NCBI RefSeq assembly: GCF_001457595.1
Contig: NZ_LN831039.1
Location: 810,001-842,000, forward strand
Reading direction: 5' to 3'
DNA length: 32,000 nucleotides
Source: Mycolicibacterium smegmatis
GTDB lineage: Bacteria > Actinomycetota > Actinomycetes > Mycobacteriales > Mycobacteriaceae
Below are positions 27,176 to 32,000 of this stretch, piece after piece. Position 1 is the first letter of the stretch, and every line of letters begins with the position of its first letter. Below the pieces are notes generated by a model. It was not told the DNA's origin and made no database searches. It saw only the letters and a program-made list of their open reading frames with translations. A program made the position numbers and the translations under genes.

Positions 27176-27531
27176 GCGGCAAACGCAACGAAGAAGCCCG
27201 TACGTTTCTGATCTCTGTGGCGGCCGAGCTCGCCGGCATGCATGCGCAGACCCTGCGCACCTATGACCGGCTGGGCCTGGTCACCCCGCAGCGCACATCC
27301 GGTGGCGGGCGGCGTTATTCGGAACGCGACGTCGACCTGCTGCGAGAGGTGCAGCGGCTGTCCCAGGACGAGGGCGTGAACCTGGCCGGCATCAAGCGCA
27401 TCATCGAGCTGACCAATCAGGTCGACGCGCTTCAGCGCCGGGTCGCCGAGCTGACCGCCGAGGTCGAGCGACTGCGCAAGCCCAGCACCGCGTTGGTGCT
27501 CTGGCAGCCACGGAACAACCGAAAACGCTAG
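27172..27531 (+). CDS. hspR: MerR-family heat-shock repressor HspR
   Basis: [67 protein letters not shown] at 27172 overlaps the dnaJ stop. Confidence 0.97.
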   Translation: MSGKRNEEARTFLISVAAELAGMHAQTLRTYDRLGLVTPQRTSGGGRRYSERDVDLLREVQRLSQDEGVNLAGIKRIIELTNQVDALQRRVAELTAEVERLRKPSTALVLWQPRNNRKR

Positions 27532-28118
27532 CTGCGCAGACCATCTGCGTTCATGCCGACGAGCACCGTATCGAGGAACTCGTCGGCGATGTCCTCGGGG
27601 CTTTCGGGGCCGTCCAAGGTCAGCCACAGATAGCTGTAGTTGAACATACCGAGCAGGCCCTTGACCATGAGCGTCGGCAACGGCCGGAACTGGCCGTCCC
27701 GGACGCCCTGGTCCAGGGCGTTGCGCCAGTGCGCCTCGTAGCGCTCGCGGGCGGCGATGACGCGGTCACGCCGCTCGCCGGTCAGCGCGTGGTACTCGCG
27801 GAAGAACACCGTCCACTCGGCACGGTGCTCGGCGATGTTGCGCAGCAGCGCGCGCGCCAGCCCCCGAAGCCGTTTCTCCGGATCCTTCTCCGTCAACGCA
27901 AGCTCGTCGGCCAGGTTGTTCATCTGTGCCAACTGCCTGCTGCTGATCTCGTAGAGAATCGTCTCTTTGCTGCCGATGTAGTGGTACAGGGCGCCGCGGC
28001 CGAGTCCGACCGCGGCCCCCAGGTCGGAGATACCGGTTCCGTGGTAGCCCGACTTCGCGAACAACTCGGCCGAAATGCGCAGAATCTCATCCCGGTTCGA
28101 CTCGAACTTCTTGCTCAC
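27528..28118 (-). CDS. TetR-family transcriptional regulator
   Basis: 196 aa. ILRISAELFAKSGYHGTGISDLGAAVGLGRGALYHYIGSKETIL. Its stop codon overlaps the hspR stop within CTAG. Confidence 0.92.
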   Translation of the reverse strand: MSKKFESNRDEILRISAELFAKSGYHGTGISDLGAAVGLGRGALYHYIGSKETILYEISSRQLAQMNNLADELALTEKDPEKRLRGLARALLRNIAEHRAEWTVFFREYHALTGERRDRVIAARERYEAHWRNALDQGVRDGQFRPLPTLMVKGLLGMFNYSYLWLTLDGPESPEDIADEFLDTVLVGMNADGLRS

Positions 28119-28195
28119 TGCCGTCGTGCTCCCTTGAACCTGTGTCGCCTGTCAGCCTATGAGGTCGGTGCCGCGGCCCGGGGACGGGCCCGGTG

Positions 28196-29380
28196 TCACA
28201 GGCCGGCGGCGTCGAAGGCGTCGGAGAAGACGTACCCGGACAACAGTTCGTTGGCCGCCACCATGTACTGGATGGTCGGCGTACCCTCCTCGAGCCAGTT
28301 GAGGCGGGCATCCCGGTAGAGGCGTTCCACCGGGTAGGCCCTGGTGTATCCGATGCCGCCGTGGATCAGCAGCGCCCGGTCGGTGACCCGGCCCACCGCT
28401 TCCAGGCCGAACAGTTTGCACATGCTCGCCTCGGCGGGGATCCGCTTCCCGCTGTCCCACTTGTGTGCCGCATCGGCGAGCAGGCCGCGCAGCGCGTAGA
28501 TGTCTGTGGCCATCTCGGCGAGGTACCGCTGGATGGCCTGCCGGGAACCGATCGGTTTGCCGAAGGTCACGCGCTCCTTGGCGCGCGCGACCGACAACTC
28601 CAGTGCGCGTTCGGAGGTGCCGAGCGAACTCGCCGCGATGAACACGCGGCTGATCTCGAGCGCGCGTTCGAGGTGTTGGTTCCCTTCGCCTTCCGCGCCG
28701 ATCAGCGCCGTCGCCGGAACGCGGACTCCTGCAAGCCTGATGTGGCCGTGCTCGCCGCCCTTGCAGCCCATGGTCTCCGGGAGCGGTTCGATCGACAGTC
28801 CGTCGGTGTCGCGGGGGACCAGGAAGGCCGACACCTCGGTGGGCGCGGTCTTGGCGAACACGATGAAGTGGGTGGCGATGTCGGAGTTGGTGATCAGCCA
28901 CTTCTCGCCGGTGATCTCGTACTCGTCGCCCATCCGCACGGCCGAGGACCCGAGGTCGGCGCCGGTGCCGTGCCCGGGCTCGGTCAGCGCGAACGCCACC
29001 GAGTTCGCACCGGTCGCGGCGCCGTGCAGCACTGCGGCCTTCTGTTCGTCGTTGCCGATCTCCGACAGGGCGTGGGCGAAAGAGTTGTGGACGTGCACGA
29101 TGACACGAAGTCCGCCCTGGACTTTCGCGAACTCGGAGATGATGGGCAGGTACTGCGCGATCGACAGCCCGCTGCCGCCGTATTCCCGCGGCACGAGCAG
29201 TCCGAAGGCGCCGATCCGTTCCAGGATCGGCAGCACGATCTCGTTGGGGATGCGCTCTTCGTTCTCGATGCGCTCCTCGAGCGGATCGAGTTCGGACCAG
29301 ATCGCGTCGAAGATCCGGTCTCTGAGGGCGCGGTATTCGGCGTCGGGCAACCCGGTTGCATGTTCGAGAGTGGCGGTCAT
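28196..29380 (-). CDS. Acyl-CoA dehydrogenase
   Basis: 394 aa. FALTEPGHGTGADLGSSAVR, YEITGEKWLITNSDIATHFIVFA, IHGGIGYTRAYPVERLYRDAR. Confidence 0.93.
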   Translation of the reverse strand: MTATLEHATGLPDAEYRALRDRIFDAIWSELDPLEERIENEERIPNEIVLPILERIGAFGLLVPREYGGSGLSIAQYLPIISEFAKVQGGLRVIVHVHNSFAHALSEIGNDEQKAAVLHGAATGANSVAFALTEPGHGTGADLGSSAVRMGDEYEITGEKWLITNSDIATHFIVFAKTAPTEVSAFLVPRDTDGLSIEPLPETMGCKGGEHGHIRLAGVRVPATALIGAEGEGNQHLERALEISRVFIAASSLGTSERALELSVARAKERVTFGKPIGSRQAIQRYLAEMATDIYALRGLLADAAHKWDSGKRIPAEASMCKLFGLEAVGRVTDRALLIHGGIGYTRAYPVERLYRDARLNWLEEGTPTIQYMVAANELLSGYVFSDAFDAAGL

Positions 29381-29408
29381 ATCGGGGTTTTCCTTCCGGT
29401 TGGGAGTG

Positions 29409-30152
29409 TCACAGGGCCCAGCCGCCGTCGGCGGTCAGGACAGACCCGGTGCAGAATGTGGCGTCCTCGCTGAGGAAGACTGCTGCCGTTGCGATTTCGT
29501 CGACGGTGCCGAAACGGCCCAGGACAGTCGCATCCTCGATGCGGCTGCGAGCGCCCGCCGGCACCGCGTCGGTCATGTCGGTCTCGATGAAACCCGGCGC
29601 AAGGATGTTCACCCGGATGTGGTCACGCGCGACTTCCTTGGCGAGGGAGCGGCCGAACCCGACCATCGCGGCCTTGGCGCTGGCGTACGCGGTGTCGCCG
29701 GCGTGGCCGATCAGTCCGACCACCGACGAGATCAGGACGATGCTGGGCGAATTGCCACGTTGCAGGTGGGGCAGCGCGGCCCGGGTGAGCGCGACCGTCC
29801 CGCGCAGGTTGGTCTCGACGACCTCCCACCACGCGGCGGGTTCGCTGGTGACCAGTCGCCCACCGGCCCATTGGCCGGCGTTGAGGATGACGGCGTCGAG
29901 CCGCCCCCACGTGTCGACCACCATGTCGACCGCGGCCGTCGCGGTGGTCGGGTCGGACAGGTCGAAATGCACAGGCAGTACCAGATCCGGCGCGTCGGAT
30001 GCCAGCTTCTCGGCCTCCTCATGCCGGATCCGATAGGTGCATCCGACCCGCACACCCCGCCGAGTCAGCGCTGTGGTGATGCCGGCGCCGATGCCGCGAG
30101 ACCCGCCCGATACCAGCACCACGCGATCCGCGTCGTTTTCGTACTGCGTCAT
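29409..30152 (-). CDS. Short-chain dehydrogenase/reductase (FabG-like)
   Basis: 247 aa. VSGGSRGIGAGIT, DAVILNAG, SSVVG...YASAK. Confidence 0.93.
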   Translation of the reverse strand: MTQYENDADRVVLVSGGSRGIGAGITTALTRRGVRVGCTYRIRHEEAEKLASDAPDLVLPVHFDLSDPTTATAAVDMVVDTWGRLDAVILNAGQWAGGRLVTSEPAAWWEVVETNLRGTVALTRAALPHLQRGNSPSIVLISSVVGLIGHAGDTAYASAKAAMVGFGRSLAKEVARDHIRVNILAPGFIETDMTDAVPAGARSRIEDATVLGRFGTVDEIATAAVFLSEDATFCTGSVLTADGGWAL

Positions 30153-30161
30153 GCCTGGACT

Positions 30162-30264
30162 GTACTGATCGGTTCAATATCAACGCAATAGCGACCGATA
30201 AATGCTCTTTACCTCTGTAAATATGCGACGACTGTCCCGAGACTGCGGTTGGACTGATCGGTAC
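30162..30264. promoter_or_regulatory. Paired ACTGATCGGT motifs in the divergent SDR/MHS promoter region, candidate TetR operators
   Basis: GTACTGATCGGTTC (30162-30175) and GGACTGATCGGTAC (30251-30264). Confidence 0.6.
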
Positions 30265-30302
30265 AAAAATCTTGCAATGCCGATGGCTGGTGTGTTAGGA
30301 CT

Positions 30303-31640
30303 GTGACTGAGCGCACAATCGCCGCCACGGAAGGGGTCGACGTGACAACCATCGACAATGAGGTCGGGCAGAAAGTCGGGGCGGTCAGTCCGGCGCGGGT
30401 TGCCACCGCGAGTTTCGTGGGGACGGCGATCGAGTGGTATGACTTCTTCATCTTCGGCACCGCCGCGGGCCTGGTGTTCGGGGTCGCGTTCTTCCCGAAC
30501 CTGAGTCCGTTGTCGGGAACCCTCGCCGCTTTCGCCACGTTCGGTGTGGCGTTCTTCTCCCGTCCGGCGGGCGCGATCGTCTTCGGTCACTTCGGGGACC
30601 GGATCGGCCGCAAGAAGCTGCTTGTCCTGTCGTTGTTGCTCATGGGATCGGCCACTGTCGCGATCGGCCTTATTCCCACCTACGACCAGATCGGCATCGC
30701 CGCACCGGTTCTGCTGGTCGTTGCCCGGCTGGTGCAGGGATTCGCGGTGGGCGGTGAGTGGGGCGGCGCCGTCCTGATGGCCGTCGAGCACGCGCCGCCG
30801 AAGCGGCGTGCGTTCTACGGTAGCTTCCCGCAGGCGGGTGTACCGGCCGGACTGGTGCTCGCCACCGTGGCGTTCCTGATCGTGGAGCGACTTCCCGACG
30901 ACGAGATCATGGCCTGGGGATGGCGCGTACCGTTCCTCGCGAGCTCGGCACTTCTACTGGTAGGTCTCTACGTCCGGTTGCAGATCACCGAATCGCCTGA
31001 GTTCGAACAGATTCGGCGCAACGACCAGGTGGTGAGGCACCCGATCGTGGACGTACTGCGCTCCCACAAGCGCCCGCTGGCGGTGGGCATCCTCACGCAG
31101 GCGGCGTCACTGGTGCCCTTCTACCTGGTGACCGTGTTCGTGCTGTCGCACGGACCTGAGGAACTCGGTGTCGCACGCGAGACGATCCTGATGAGCCTGC
31201 TCGTCGCGTGTGTCCTCGACATCTTCACGGTGCCTTACGTCTCGATCGTGGCCGACCGGATGGGGCCGCGAAAGATGTTGATACTCGGCTCGTTGTACAT
31301 GGCCGCGATCGGATATCCGTTCTTCTGGCTGTTGAGCACCGGTGAGGGGTGGGCGGTGCTGGTCGCCATGATCCTCATCGTGACGGTCGGACACGCCGTG
31401 ACGTACTCGGCCGTGGCGGCCTATGTGTCCCGACTGTTCCCCGCCGATGTGCGGTACACCGGTGCGTCGGTGTCCTATCAGATGGGCGGCGTGGTGTTCA
31501 GCGCGCCCGCACCGTTCATCGCGGTGACCCTGTGGTCGGCGACGCACGGACACTGGTCGCTTGCCGCGTACCTCGCCGCGGCCTGCCTGGCAACGGTATT
31601 CGCCCTGATGTTCACGAAGACAGCGAAAGTGAGTTACTGA
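30303..31640 (+). CDS. MHS-family (metabolite:H+ symporter) MFS transporter
   Basis: GTAIEWYDFFIFGTAAGLVFGVAFFP and FGHFGDRIGRKKLL. An alternative start is GTG at 30342, preceded by GGAAGGGG. Confidence 0.9.
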   Translation: MTERTIAATEGVDVTTIDNEVGQKVGAVSPARVATASFVGTAIEWYDFFIFGTAAGLVFGVAFFPNLSPLSGTLAAFATFGVAFFSRPAGAIVFGHFGDRIGRKKLLVLSLLLMGSATVAIGLIPTYDQIGIAAPVLLVVARLVQGFAVGGEWGGAVLMAVEHAPPKRRAFYGSFPQAGVPAGLVLATVAFLIVERLPDDEIMAWGWRVPFLASSALLLVGLYVRLQITESPEFEQIRRNDQVVRHPIVDVLRSHKRPLAVGILTQAASLVPFYLVTVFVLSHGPEELGVARETILMSLLVACVLDIFTVPYVSIVADRMGPRKMLILGSLYMAAIGYPFFWLLSTGEGWAVLVAMILIVTVGHAVTYSAVAAYVSRLFPADVRYTGASVSYQMGGVVFSAPAPFIAVTLWSATHGHWSLAAYLAAACLATVFALMFTKTAKVSY

Positions 31641-32000
31641 TGGCGCGCGACGTATGCACTGTCGAGCAGGCCTGGGACGCCATCGAGTCGCGGCTCGACC
31701 GTGATCCTTTCGGCCCGGACTTCAACACCGCACACGAGGCGTGCAGCCGGTATGCGACCGATCCGGGACGCCTGGCGCTGACGGTCCGGCATGAGGACGG
31801 ATCGGCCGACCAGTGGAGCTACCGTGAGCTGGACCGCCAGGCCGCCAAGGCCGCAAGGGTTTTCGCGCGTGCGGGCCTGCGCCGCGGCGACCGCGTGGCG
31901 GGACTGCTGACGCGTCAGGTCGAGAGTTGGATCACCGCGTTGGCCGCCTGGCGATCCGGTCTGGTGTACGTGCCGTTGTTCGGCGGCTTCGGTCCCGAGC
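31640..32000 (+). CDS. AMP-dependent acyl-CoA synthetase/ligase, N-terminal part, truncated by window end
   Basis: MARDVCTVEQAWDAIESRLDRDPFGPDFNTAHEACSRYATDPGRLALTVRHEDGSADQWSYRELDRQAAKAARVFARAGLRRGDRVAGLLTRQVESWITALAAWRSGLVYVPLFGGFGPE. Start overlaps the transporter stop as TGATG. Confidence 0.8.
   Translation, partial: MARDVCTVEQAWDAIESRLDRDPFGPDFNTAHEACSRYATDPGRLALTVRHEDGSADQWSYRELDRQAAKAARVFARAGLRRGDRVAGLLTRQVESWITALAAWRSGLVYVPLFGGFGPE

Noticed and set aside
28500-30191. 563-aa plus-strand ORF opposite the acyl-CoA dehydrogenase and SDR genes
   Set aside because: Overlaps two genes with strong catalytic motifs on the opposite strand. No recognisable domain.
30208-30221. TTTAC-CTCT-GTAAA dyad in the SDR/MHS intergenic region as a relative of the etfD operator
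   Set aside because: The spacing differs (TTAC-N4-GTAA versus TTAC-N6-GTAA) and arms are only 5 bp. Too weak to equate with the GTTACC-N4-GGTAAC sites.

Overview
This 32-kb GC-rich window looks like a mycobacterial chromosome, most consistent with Mycolicibacterium smegmatis or a close relative. That assignment rests on gene content and synteny recalled from memory, not on a search. Left to right it contains: an etfD-type membrane Fe-S oxidoreductase (Rv0338c-like) with a six-copy basic tail; a large ATPase/LuxR regulator (Rv0339c/IniR-like) apparently co-transcribed with a divergent Hsp70-like membrane protein; an Rv0340-like IniB-N-domain protein; iniB and iniA; a minus-strand DUF3618/holin-like pair inserted between iniA and iniC; iniC; a second Hsp70-like membrane protein; two small Thr-rich single-pass membrane proteins; an F420-type oxidoreductase; a TIGR03085-like protein; an lpqJ-like lipoprotein; an MFS/RraA/RraA cluster with a divergent LysR regulator; dnaK-grpE-dnaJ-hspR with a HAIR-like operator; and a TetR/acyl-CoA dehydrogenase/SDR/MHS transporter/AMP-ligase catabolic cluster. 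The best candidate for an under-described system is the expanded ini locus: two dynamin-like GTPases, two proteins sharing an IniB N-terminal domain, two Hsp70-like ATPase-fold membrane proteins, and further membrane proteins sharing a PWY(R/K) juxtamembrane motif. Repeated CCCCTA motifs lie upstream of both IniB-domain genes. Other notable sequence features are twin GTTACC-N4-GGTAAC palindromes upstream of etfD, a 12-bp perfect hairpin between iniB and iniA, a U-tract terminator before iniB, a 35-bp tandem repeat that creates overlapping upstream ORFs, and paired ACTGATCGGT motifs in a divergent catabolic promoter. No tRNA, rRNA, CRISPR array or transposase was recognised.
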